DNA from: a virus
Strand: one strand, 5' to 3'
Length of the DNA stretch: 64,000 nt
Virus record (IMG/VR): IMGVR_UViG_3300031754_000001
Span: 1 to 64,000 of that record
Under the pieces are notes generated by a model. It ran no database searches. It saw only the letters and a list, made by a program, of their open reading frames with translations, and was not told the DNA's origin. Made by a program: the position numbers and the translations under genes. Below, one piece after another: positions 37,994 to 47,044 of the stretch. How positions within the stretch are numbered: position 1 is the first letter of the stretch; each line of letters opens with the position of its first letter.

Positions 37994-37997
37994 GCAG

Positions 37998-38069
37998 AGC
38001 CCTGGACCGGAATCGAACCGGCATTCGCTGCTTGGAAGGCAGCAACACTAGCCATTGTGTTACCAAGGC
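37998..38069 (-). tRNA. tRNA-Gly(TCC)
   Basis: Loop CTTCCAA. Confidence 0.88.
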
Positions 38070-38268
38070 AGGTCCCGGGGCCGTGCCGTGCCAGAGCCTG
38101 TATTTTGCCGGCTTGCGGCCAGCTCATCAGGGTGACGGCACCGTTGAGAGGTGCCCCGGGCGGCATGAGGCCCGGCCTTGCGCAAGGCCTGGCTTTACCG
38201 GGAGGGACGTCACTCCCCTGGTGTCACCGGGCTGCCGTGTTCCAGGATTTCCCGGCGTCATGCCGTTG

Positions 38269-38342
38269 TGGTCAGGGCCTGGATCGAACAGGCGCCCTCT
38301 TGCTTTTCAGGCAAGCGCTCATACCGGCTGAGCTACCTGACC
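38269..38342 (-). tRNA. tRNA-Phe(GAA)
   Basis: Loop CTGAAAA. Confidence 0.9.
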
Positions 38343-38347
38343 ATCAG

Positions 38348-38420
38348 TCGGGAACCCGGGTGCCGATCCCGGTGTCTCCTGCTCCCAAAGCAGGTGGGTT
38401 AGCCGTCTCCCTCGTTCCCG
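38348..38420 (-). tRNA. tRNA-Pro(TGG), divergent T loop
   Basis: Loop TTTGGGA; T loop ATCGGCA. Confidence 0.75.
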
Positions 38421-38430
38421 TTGTTGCTCG

Positions 38431-38504
38431 TCGGAGCGGCGGTATTCGAAACCGCGGCCTCCTGTCCCCCAGACAGGCGCGCTGCCAAGCTGCGCCACGC
38501 TCCG
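38431..38504 (-). tRNA. tRNA-Pro(GGG)
   Basis: Loop CTGGGGG. Confidence 0.88.
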
Positions 38505-38522
38505 TTTGATCTGCCAGAATAG

Positions 38523-38596
38523 TCGGGGCAACAGGATTCGAACCTGTGGCCTCGTCGTCCCGAACGACGCGCGCTGCCAAGCTGCGCCATGCCCCG
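38523..38596 (-). tRNA. tRNA-Pro(CGG)
   Basis: Loop TTCGGGA. Confidence 0.92.
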
Positions 38597-38620
38597 GTGG
38601 TTTCCCGTGAATCTTTACTG

Positions 38621-38953
38621 TCATGCTTCTAGCAGTTCAGTCAGCCCGTGCTCCAGCCGCCAGTGATGCTGCTGGTGATGCGGCTCGCATAGCCATATGA
38701 CCAGGCGAGGATTACCGTAATCCGGATGATGAGCCTGAGCTGGCTTGATGCCGCAGACCGCGCACGGGCCAGGAACTACCTGACCCCGCTTGACCAGCAC
38801 GTGCGTGTACGCGCGGGTAATTCCCTTACGCCGCTGGTCTTCGCTCGGCTGATGTGTCTTCCGCCACTCGCGCATGTAAGCCGCGTGGCAATCGGCACAG
38901 TACCTCTGACCTGTCCTCGAATGAGGAACTCCGCACCGGGAGCACGGTTTCAC
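38621..38953 (-). CDS. small HNH-like endonuclease
   Basis: CSRCG..YCADC; PCAVCG..AQAHHPDY..WLCEPHH. Confidence 0.8.
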   Translation of the reverse strand: MKPCSRCGVPHSRTGQRYCADCHAAYMREWRKTHQPSEDQRRKGITRAYTHVLVKRGQVVPGPCAVCGIKPAQAHHPDYGNPRLVIWLCEPHHQQHHWRLEHGLTELLEA

Positions 38954-38969
38954 GCTAACAGCCTATGCG

Positions 38970-39040
38970 TGGAGATGGTGCGGATCGAACGCACTGCAGC
39001 ACGCTTGCGGGGCGCGCCCGGTACCCTACCTGTCATCCCC
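38970..39040 (-). tRNA. tRNA-Ala(CGC)
   Basis: G3:U70 pair; loop CCCGCAA; atypical D arm. Confidence 0.75.
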
Positions 39041-39044
39041 GGAT

Positions 39045-39162
39045 GCGGCACTCTCTCCGATTAAGCTACCGGTCAACAACCGGGCCGGCTTTCCGCGACG
39101 CGTACTCACAGGTGGCCTGATCTGCTAAGTGACCGGACGGGACTCGAACCCGCGTCCGCCGC
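39045..39162 (-). ncRNA. circularly permuted tRNA-like RNA
   Basis: 3' half (GCGGC, GGAC, T arm TTCGAGT, CCGGTCA) precedes 5' half (TGACCGG, TAGCTTAATCGGAGAGAGT, GCCGC). Confidence 0.75.
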
Positions 39163-39164
39163 CG

Positions 39165-39237
39165 TGGAGCCTACGAGAGTCGAACTCGTGACCTTCTCAA
39201 TGCCATTGAGACGCGCTGCCAGCTGCGCCAAGACCCC
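39165..39237 (-). tRNA. tRNA-Ala(GGC)
   Basis: G3:U70 pair; loop ATGGCAT. Confidence 0.9.
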
Positions 39238-39443
39238 ATAGTGCTGGTTCCCTGGCCGGGCCGTCTAGCAACAACCGGCCCGGCCAGGGGTCAGCACATC
39301 GCAGGAGACCAAAGGAACTCCTGCTCGATGGCGGGATTGGCCGTCCCGCCGAAATGCTCACGCTATGGAGATGTCAAGATGGCCAGCCGGAGCTGACCGC
39401 GGTGACATGCACTATCCGCGGCTCTCGCCTTGGACGGTGGTCG

Positions 39444-39515
39444 CAGGGGCGGAAGGACTCGAACCCTCGTAGGCAGGTTTGGAATCTGCTGTCCTGGCCG
39501 CTAAACGACGCCCCT
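39444..39515 (-). tRNA. tRNA-Trp(CCA)
   Basis: Loop TTCCAAA. Confidence 0.9.
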
Positions 39516-39801
39516 TCGGTATGAAGTTGTCCTGAAACTAAGAGAACCGCCCTGCCGGCTTCCCGGTGGCGGTTCTGGTCCTGGACCTTCCGGTCCGCTA
39601 TCCAGGTTCCGCCTCGCCGGGCCGGCTGCCTTCCCTCCACGCGGGCAGCATGGCGATCGGGCAGGTGCGCCCGTCGTGCTGCTTCGCTGAGGAGAGGTAC
39701 ATCACGGCTCCAGTCTAGGCCCTGCGTCAACTGATTTCCTGCGGTGCCCCGGGCGGCTTAGCGGTTTCCCGCCAGAGGCCGGTTCTGGGGCCTACATGTC
39801 A

Positions 39802-39831
39802 ATCATACGGCATAGGACAGGCAGTCGGCAA
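39802..39831 (-). promoter_or_regulatory. sigma70-type promoter for the tRNA/Y-RNA/rsr unit
   Basis: TTGCCG-18 nt-TATGAT pointing into the array. Confidence 0.6.
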
Positions 39832-39875
39832 CTCCTGTTTCCCGGGACCTCTGCGAACCGGGTTAGCCTAGCCTG

Positions 39876-40208
39876 GTGACCCCTGCCGGGACCGCTGCGG
39901 AAGCCGCTGCCAGGGCATCCGCCTGGATCAGCCTGTCCGCGAACCTGGTCGACGTCCTGGCCTGGCATCGCAGCCTGTGCGCGGCCTGCCAGCCGCTCCG
40001 GTCGTGCCCGGAATACGGCGAGATCATCAGCGAGTACGGTGCCGGGGAGTTCGGCGTGGCTGTGTTCTACCCGGATGACGCCGGGCTGCCAGGCGCGTTA
40101 CGCGTTGCCCAGCTCCTGGATCGCCGCGCTGACGCCGCCCGGGAACAGCCACGGGTTACCGGGCCGCTCGGTGCCCTCGGTGCTACTGCTGTTACCGTTA
40201 GCCCTTGA
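39876..40208 (+). CDS. hypothetical protein with in-frame TTA at 40098
   Basis: HRSLCAAC..CPEY motif; GCG-TTA-C-GCG at 40095-40104. Confidence 0.5.
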   Translation: MTPAGTAAEAAARASAWISLSANLVDVLAWHRSLCAACQPLRSCPEYGEIISEYGAGEFGVAVFYPDDAGLPGALRVAQLLDRRADAAREQPRVTGPLGALGATAVTVSP

Positions 40209-40706
40209 GAACATAATTACCGCCTGTGAATAGTAGATTACTGTCCTGGTACGGGGCAGCTTACCCGCAACGCGGCGGGATAGCGCCTTATATCTCAGTT
40301 ACGTCGCAGGCCAGGAGCCTGACATAGCCGTCAGCCAGGCGCGAGATGGCCGGGTAAGGTCAGCTGGTGATCCTCGTCGCTCCCGCCCGCCGGGATTGCT
40401 GCCGTGATCCGGGGGACATGACGAGAATCCTGGCTTACCAGTTGTCTACAAAATTCACTGCCGTCGCCGGAGCCTTGCCAATGGCGGCAGGCCCTACTAT
40501 GTCCTGAAGTGGCCCGGCGGACCCCCGTGGGGAAGCGAGGAGGGAGTTGTCATGGCTGACGGCGATTCACCCGGGACCCCGGTGAAGCCAGCAGTGGAAG
40601 TCCGGGGCGGCGAGCATCCTGACTGGGCGGGCGCGGAACCCGGCCAGCCTGTCCGCGAGCTGCCGGATCCCGTACCGGGGGAGCCCGCGGCAGACGGCGA
40701 GAGCGG

Positions 40707-41273
40707 GTGATGACGGCGAGCCGTCCCGAGGAACTGGGCGCGCTCGTCCGCACGGCGGGCCAGATGGAGCAGGCGTGGCTGAACCGGGTTCCCCATGCCG
40801 GCGATGCCCGTTATACCCCCTGGATGCCGTTCTCCATCCCGGCGTACATCGCGATGGTGACGGAGGCGCTGCCGGAAATCCGGGGGGACCGGTTCCTGGA
40901 GATCGGCTCGGGTATCGGCACCAAGCTGCTGCTCGCCCGCGAGTTCTGCGGTTTCTCGGTCCTCGGCATCGAGCGGACCGCCGAGTACGCCGCGGTGGCC
41001 GGCTCGATGGGACTGGAGACGAAGACCGCCGACGCGCTGGACTGGGCCGGCTATGACGAGGCCGACCTGACCTGGTTCAACCGGGTATTCCGGGACCTGT
41101 CCGCCGAGACCGCCCTGGAGGCGAAAGTCTGGGCCGAGACAGCGCCCGGCGCGGTGATCATGTGCGCCAACCTTGAGTCCCGGCCGCCAATGACGTGGTA
41201 CCCGGTCCTGGACAGCTGGGACTCCGAGCGCCGCGGCATTTGGCAGAAGCCGTTCGCGCCCGCGGGCAGCTGA
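40707..41273 (+). CDS. class I SAM methyltransferase
   Basis: FLEIGSGIG, LGIE, ADAL. Confidence 0.85.
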   Translation: MMTASRPEELGALVRTAGQMEQAWLNRVPHAGDARYTPWMPFSIPAYIAMVTEALPEIRGDRFLEIGSGIGTKLLLAREFCGFSVLGIERTAEYAAVAGSMGLETKTADALDWAGYDEADLTWFNRVFRDLSAETALEAKVWAETAPGAVIMCANLESRPPMTWYPVLDSWDSERRGIWQKPFAPAGS

Positions 41274-41474
41274 TACCCTGGCCTGCATCAGGCCGTAGCT
41301 GCCTTTTCCGGGCACGGACGGGAACGGAGATGATCCCGTCCACTGCCCGGGACTCATTTCCGGCCGGCCTGCCGTCCGTGCCCGGAATTGCGATAACCTG
41401 GGCCTATCAAGCCGTGGCACTTAGGCGCTGACGCGAGCAGGTGAGCCGGGAGTTCCGCCCGGAAGGCCCGCTCC

Positions 41475-41912
41475 GTGCTCCAAGTCATGTGTCCCGGATG
41501 CCTGACCCAGGTATTCCTGGAGTGCACCTGCCCGCCCGGCTACGTCAATGCTGCCGGAGCGCACCAGCCCGGCTGCAGTCACGCGGATCCCGACGCGATG
41601 GTCCGGTGCCCGCCCGGGGCGGCACAGTGCTGCCAGGTGGATCACGACCACGCCGCCGCGGCCAACGCCTGTCCTGGCGGCCACGGTGCCTGCCCCGAGC
41701 CGGAGACCTGCCGGCTCTGGAAGGGCGCCATCGCCGACGCCTTCCACCCGCAGTTCACTGGCGGCCACCCGCTGTTCGAGGGGACGGAACCGCCGCCGTG
41801 CCCGGGAGGCCACTGCCACAAGGACATCGACGGCTGCACCGTCTGCCGGCCGCTGATCATCACGATGCTCCCGGGCGGCACCACCGTTGCGCTGGCCGGG
41901 ACGGGCGGCTGA
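41475..41912 (+). CDS. Cys/His-rich hypothetical protein
   Basis: 145 aa; many Cys; repeated CPGGH. Confidence 0.6.
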   Translation: MLQVMCPGCLTQVFLECTCPPGYVNAAGAHQPGCSHADPDAMVRCPPGAAQCCQVDHDHAAAANACPGGHGACPEPETCRLWKGAIADAFHPQFTGGHPLFEGTEPPPCPGGHCHKDIDGCTVCRPLIITMLPGGTTVALAGTGG

Positions 41913-41913
41913 C

Positions 41914-42360
41914 ATGGCCCAGACCGCGATCGACCAGGTGCGCTCCTCGCTGATGCTCAACGCCCTCCTGCCGGTCGGCGGCACGGCCGGGAACCCGGGA
42001 ACGCAGCTGACCGCGCTGAACGCGAGCGCCATGAAGCTGAAGCTGACCTCCGCCGCGTCCTCCGGGTCGGCGAGCGGCACCGAGATCACCGGCTCCGGCT
42101 ACGTCGCCGGGGGCACGGCGTTCTCGGACATCGCCACGACCCAGGCATCCGCGGCCGGCAGCAACGTGCTGCTCCCGAAAACCACCGTGTTCGCCTGGGT
42201 GAACGGGTCCGGCGGCAACTGGTCGATCGTCTCGCTGGAGATCACCGATGGCGCCCCGATCCGGGTGTGGTACGGCAACTGGAACGGCCAGCCGGTCGTC
42301 GTGGCCAACGGCAACACTTTCCAGGTGGCCGCCCTGGCCATCTCTGCTGGAGGCTTTTAG
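41914..42360 (+). CDS. virion structural protein (beta-rich)
   Basis: GTEITGSGYVAGG..VWYGNW..VANGNTF pattern. Confidence 0.7.
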   Translation: MAQTAIDQVRSSLMLNALLPVGGTAGNPGTQLTALNASAMKLKLTSAASSGSASGTEITGSGYVAGGTAFSDIATTQASAAGSNVLLPKTTVFAWVNGSGGNWSIVSLEITDGAPIRVWYGNWNGQPVVVANGNTFQVAALAISAGGF

Positions 42361-42361
42361 T

Positions 42362-42405
42362 AACTATAACTTATAGTTGCTTTTAGCTATGGTACGTGCT
42401 AATGT
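42362..42405 (+). promoter_or_regulatory. leaderless promoter with palindromic operator
   Basis: AACTATAA-C-TTATAGTT palindrome overlapping TTGCTT-17-TAATGT, 5 nt before ATG 42411. Confidence 0.65.
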
Positions 42406-42410
42406 AAAGC

Positions 42411-43412
42411 ATGACCAAACACTATACGCATGAGCACGATCAGGAGATCGCCCAGCTGTATCAAGCTGGTCAGACGACCTACGAGATAGCGGCAGTCTTC
42501 GGAATCTCACCGACACCCGTTACCCGTGCACTAGAGCGGCAGGGAGTTCCGCTTCGGCGAGGTGGCAGGCGCACCACATGGACCGGCACGCCGGAGCAGA
42601 AGGCAGCCGTCGTCGCGGCTTACCTGGAAGGCGAGTCCATCCGGCGAATAGCCCAGCGGCTCGCAGTCCGTGCTACCTGCATAATCGAGGCGCTTAACGA
42701 GGCTAGCATTGACCGGCGTCACCGGGGCAAGCAACCCATGCTCGATGATGAGACAGCGCGCGAAATCGCGGAAGCCTATCAGGCAGGCGAGAAACTTACT
42801 GGCCTGGCTGCCCGCTATAATGTCAGTTACATCACGATCCGGAACTACCTGGTGAAACAGGGCATCGAAATGCGTCCCGCGCATAAGTCCGTGTTCTGGA
42901 CGGAGGAGCGGAAAGCTGAAGCCGCCCGCCGGTATCAGGCAGGCGAGAACCAGCAGGAAATCGCCGCTGTACTCAGGTGCAGTCAGCACGGCGTGTCGAA
43001 TATCCTGCGCAGGCTCGGTGTCCTGGCACGCGGACCTTACCGGCGCCGGGAAGGTCATCCGTCCTGGAACGGCGGTCGAACGCTCACCGAAGACGGCTAC
43101 GTTCGCGTCAAGCTACCCGACGAGTACAGGCACCTGTTTCCGGATATACCTGCGAACGGCTACGTATTGGAGCACCGACTGGTGATGGCCCGGCACCTGG
43201 GCCGGCCGCTGCACCCGGACGAGAACGTGCACCACAAACGGGACAACGCGGAGAACGACCTGGAGCACCTGGAATTGTGGACGTCCAGCCAGCCGTCCGG
43301 CCGCCGGGTAGAGGAGATCGTGGCATGGGCGGCGGAGATGCTGATCCGGTACGCGCCGGAAGCCCTGGTACCGGGCTGGCAGGAACTGCCATTGCCGGAG
43401 GCAGTCACGTAA
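42411..43412 (+). CDS. HNH homing endonuclease with four HTH repeats
   Basis: Four YxxGxxxxxIA/LA repeats; HPSWNGGR; GYVLEHRLVM..LGRPL..ENVHH..N..HLELW. Confidence 0.88.
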   Translation: MTKHYTHEHDQEIAQLYQAGQTTYEIAAVFGISPTPVTRALERQGVPLRRGGRRTTWTGTPEQKAAVVAAYLEGESIRRIAQRLAVRATCIIEALNEASIDRRHRGKQPMLDDETAREIAEAYQAGEKLTGLAARYNVSYITIRNYLVKQGIEMRPAHKSVFWTEERKAEAARRYQAGENQQEIAAVLRCSQHGVSNILRRLGVLARGPYRRREGHPSWNGGRTLTEDGYVRVKLPDEYRHLFPDIPANGYVLEHRLVMARHLGRPLHPDENVHHKRDNAENDLEHLELWTSSQPSGRRVEEIVAWAAEMLIRYAPEALVPGWQELPLPEAVT

Positions 43413-43500
43413 ACTGCCCGTAGAGGCCGTAGCCGCACCTGTCACGGGTTGCGCGGATGGAGCCAGGCTCCCCCGTCCGTGAGAGGTTCTGAGGTAACCC

Positions 43501-44086
43501 GTGGCCGACAGTGATGTTCCCATCACCGCTGGCTCTGGCACCAACATCCACACCTTCCTCAACGGTGCCGGTTTCCACGACCAGGTGGTGCGGGAATCCC
43601 CGGCTACGGCGGTCGCGGCGCCGACGTCGTGGACGCTGGCGGTGGTGGGCACCACGTCCACGATCGCCGCGGACATCACCCGCCGGTCAGTGATCCTGTG
43701 GAACACCAGTGTCAGCGCGACCGTGTACCTGCGCTACGACGGGACTGCGCCGACCACCGCGGCAGGCGGGTTCCACGACGAGATCCCGCCGGGCGGGCGG
43801 CTGGAGGTCGCCAAGGAACTGGTCACCCTGGCCGAGTCGTTCATCGCATCGGCCGCCGTGGGCACGCTGAACATCTCCCTTGCGACGGCAGCCTGACATG
43901 AGCGATCAGGCACTGATCTCCGCCTACATCTGGGCCGCCTCCGTCATCGTGGTACTGGCCGTCGTCGTGGTACTGGGCGTCGCCCTCGCCTGTGCCGGCC
44001 CACTCCGCCGGGCGTTCTTCCGGATCCGGCACGCGATTGCCCGCGCAGTTCATCGCGCGGTACGGAAGGCGGCGACATGGGCTTGA
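43501..44086 (+). CDS. structural protein (43501-43896) and small membrane protein (43898-44086)
   Basis: Beta-rich 131 aa; 62-aa TM protein. Confidence 0.6.
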
Positions 44087-47031
44087 CGCTGCCTGGGCTG
44101 ATCGGCCGGTTTTTCGCCGCCGCGTCGAACATCTTCGCATCCTCCTCGTTCGCCGGAGACACCTGGCCGTCGCTGTACGTGTTCGGAGACGGCCGGATCT
44201 ACCTCGGAGATGGCACCGAGGACCTGACATCCGGAACGCTGGTCTACACGCTGCCTGAGTTCTACGTCCGGGCGCGGGCTAACCGGATCGGGTTCGTCTT
44301 GCGGTCTACCAACATGACTGACCCGGTAGTGCGGAACCTGCTGGAGCTTCAGGACAACATCGGCGCCCCGATTTTCTCGGTTGCCACCAGTGGCGGCGTG
44401 TTCCTCAATGACAATTTCGGGCAGTGCTACTCAGTTATCACCCCGCCGAATTTCTTTACCAATATCTACGGGTACATGCAGCTGACGCAGCAGTCCGCGT
44501 TCCGCTGCTCGGCTGGCCCGGCGATGAATATCATGACCTGGGCCGACGCGGTGTCGGAAGTGTACCAGCGGGGCCGGGTCGGGACGGCGGGACGGTGGAC
44601 CGCCACTAACGCCTCATTCGCGTCGGTCAATGTCACCGGCCCGCCGACCGGGATGAACGCGGTACGGCAGTGGTCCTCGACGGCGGCGGGGAACATCGTG
44701 GCAACCACCGCGACGGGAACTGCCGGGTATCCGGTGCCGGCGCTGGCATTTGTCGCGGCGATGGTCTTCACCAAGTCGGTGACCGTGGCCCGGTCCAAGA
44801 CCCTCGGACTGCTGTTCTACAACGCGGCCGGCACCGCTATCGGGTCCGCGACCGTGGGTGCTGCGGTGACGGACACGACGACCGGGTGGACCCGGCTGGA
44901 CGTGCAGGCCGTCTCCCCCGTAGGGGCCGCATACTGCGCGCTGCAGCTTACCGTCACCGGCTGCGCGGGGGCGGCTGAATTGCACCAGGACTCGGCGGCA
45001 GGTATCTGGCCCGGGTGCACCACCAGCCAGGTGACCGCGTGGAACCCGCCGTTCACGTTCCGGCAGGACGCGTTCATGCCAGCCGCGTGGGCCGTGACCG
45101 GGTGCACCGGGAACACGGTCACCCCGATCGTCGTCACGGTCGGCGCCGGTCACCCGTTCATGGTCGGCGACACGGTGACGACCACCGCCATCGGCGGGAA
45201 CACTGCCGCGAACCAGGTCAACGCCGTCATCACCGCGGTCACCGCGACCACGTTCACCATCCCGGGGACCGGGAACGGTGCTTACACCTCCGGCGGGTCA
45301 GCGCAGATGATCTACAGCGCTATCGGCCAGTACGACGGGGCGAACGCGGGAGACATCGCGATCCGGGCGGACGGCCCGTCCAACATCGTGCAGCGGTTCT
45401 TCACCAACGCGACCGCCGGGATACCGTCCGCGCAACGGTGGGTCGGCGATCCGAGGATCACCAGCCAGCCCGCCAGGATTAACTGGTACGGCGGCAACTA
45501 CCTCCAGCAGACCGGCTCCGCGGACCTGGACTACACGCTGCCCAACGTGGCGACCGGCATGCTGCACAACGACCCGCCGGACAGCGTGAACCGCGGCGTC
45601 ATCGCCACCCCCGGCCAGTGGAACCTGATCAACGACGCGTCCAACGCCCAGGCGTTCGGCGGCATGGCCAACTTCGTGCAGGCGGTGCGCAAGAAGTCCA
45701 CCGGAGCCCCGTATGTGTCGAAAGACGGCATGTTCGCGTTCATGTACGGGCTGTGGGACATGGCAACGGTTAGCTCGGCCGGCGGTGCCTCCCAGATGGC
45801 GCAGATTAACGGGACCGGGAACACCGGGGCCATCGCGAACACCTTGCGAGCCCTGATCTGCCAGGCTCGCGCCAGCTCCATTCTGCCGTGGAATGACACG
45901 CATTTCGTTCTGACAGGGAACTCGGTGTCCGGGACAGTGCAGTATTCCTGGTCCCAGGGCGGACCGGGAGTAGGCGGGACATTCACTTACTGGCCTACGA
46001 CGACGAGTTCTACCTTCACGTTTACTATCCCGGCTGATTTTACCGGGGGTGCCGTCACCATCCTGGGACCCGGGGCGCCGGGTGCGTTCGGCGGCACGTT
46101 CACGTTCACCGGGACATTGTTTACTACCGGCGGGGTCGCCAACCCAGGTCCACTTTACATCTCCTCGACGTCCCCGGTCGGGGCACGGGCGCGGGTCGCG
46201 ATCCGGTTCAAGAACCTGACCGCGGCGCACGCCGGCCTCACCATCATCGGGACTACCACCCAGGTTGATGCCACTGGCGGGACAGCGATCGACTGTGCCG
46301 CCATCGAAGGGCAGTATCCCAACCTTGTCGCGGTGTTCGGGGTACCCCGGCTCCCGGCGAATGCTAACTACGCTTCGCTGGCAGGGGCAGGCTCGTACTG
46401 GAATAGCAACTCAGGATCATCCGGTGACGCTGATGTCAATCAGATGAACGCGGCGCTGAAAGCACTCGTAGCGGAATTCGACAGTTCCGTGTTTTTCGTG
46501 GACACCGACGCCGCGCTGCAGAAGCAGGCATCCTTCTTTGCCGCGGACGGCTTTTCCATGAGCGCGCTGGGCGTGCATGCCATGGCATCGCAATTCGTCG
46601 CCGCGCTGCAAGCGCAGCTACCGCTCATCGATTTCAGGAATGTCAACCATGATTATCACGATACGACCGTCGTGCCGGTCGGCGGACCGTGGTCCAAGTC
46701 CGGCCCGCTGTCCGTCAGCACGGGCGTATCCCGGTTCTATGCCGATGATTACTACTACCTGTCCTCCGTCCGCGCGTCAGTCAACACCGCCCCGGTTGGC
46801 GCGAGCATCATCGTGGACGTCCTCAAAAACGGATCCACGATATTCACGACCACCGCCAACCGGCCGACGATCACCGCGGGGACGAACAGCGCCATCTCGG
46901 CCGCCCCGCCGGACCTGCTGTTCGTGGTCCCCGGGGATTACCTGACTGTCAATGTCGCGCAGGTCGGAACAGGCAATCCGGGTGCTGACCTGACCGTCAA
47001 CGTACTCGGCCGCAAGATCCCCATTCCGTGA
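44077..47031 (+). CDS. large virion fibre/receptor-binding-like protein
   Basis: 984 aa, Thr/Gly/Ala-rich; carbohydrate-binding-like segment, degenerate SGNH-like segment, C-terminal VDVLKNG..RPTI..DLTV domain. Confidence 0.7.
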   Translation: MGLTLPGLIGRFFAAASNIFASSSFAGDTWPSLYVFGDGRIYLGDGTEDLTSGTLVYTLPEFYVRARANRIGFVLRSTNMTDPVVRNLLELQDNIGAPIFSVATSGGVFLNDNFGQCYSVITPPNFFTNIYGYMQLTQQSAFRCSAGPAMNIMTWADAVSEVYQRGRVGTAGRWTATNASFASVNVTGPPTGMNAVRQWSSTAAGNIVATTATGTAGYPVPALAFVAAMVFTKSVTVARSKTLGLLFYNAAGTAIGSATVGAAVTDTTTGWTRLDVQAVSPVGAAYCALQLTVTGCAGAAELHQDSAAGIWPGCTTSQVTAWNPPFTFRQDAFMPAAWAVTGCTGNTVTPIVVTVGAGHPFMVGDTVTTTAIGGNTAANQVNAVITAVTATTFTIPGTGNGAYTSGGSAQMIYSAIGQYDGANAGDIAIRADGPSNIVQRFFTNATAGIPSAQRWVGDPRITSQPARINWYGGNYLQQTGSADLDYTLPNVATGMLHNDPPDSVNRGVIATPGQWNLINDASNAQAFGGMANFVQAVRKKSTGAPYVSKDGMFAFMYGLWDMATVSSAGGASQMAQINGTGNTGAIANTLRALICQARASSILPWNDTHFVLTGNSVSGTVQYSWSQGGPGVGGTFTYWPTTTSSTFTFTIPADFTGGAVTILGPGAPGAFGGTFTFTGTLFTTGGVANPGPLYISSTSPVGARARVAIRFKNLTAAHAGLTIIGTTTQVDATGGTAIDCAAIEGQYPNLVAVFGVPRLPANANYASLAGAGSYWNSNSGSSGDADVNQMNAALKALVAEFDSSVFFVDTDAALQKQASFFAADGFSMSALGVHAMASQFVAALQAQLPLIDFRNVNHDYHDTTVVPVGGPWSKSGPLSVSTGVSRFYADDYYYLSSVRASVNTAPVGASIIVDVLKNGSTIFTTTANRPTITAGTNSAISAAPPDLLFVVPGDYLTVNVAQVGTGNPGADLTVNVLGRKIPIP

Positions 47032-47044
47032 GAAAAGAGCGCCC

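Noticed and set aside
38083-38141. Hammerhead ribozyme (minus-strand CUGAUGAG plus stem)
   Set aside because: Stem II is followed by AAAA rather than GAAA, and no stem III/NUH site could be built.
33325-39730. Numerous short ORFs across the tRNA array
   Set aside because: They overlap tRNA genes and lack coding signatures, except 35678-36547 and 38621-38953.
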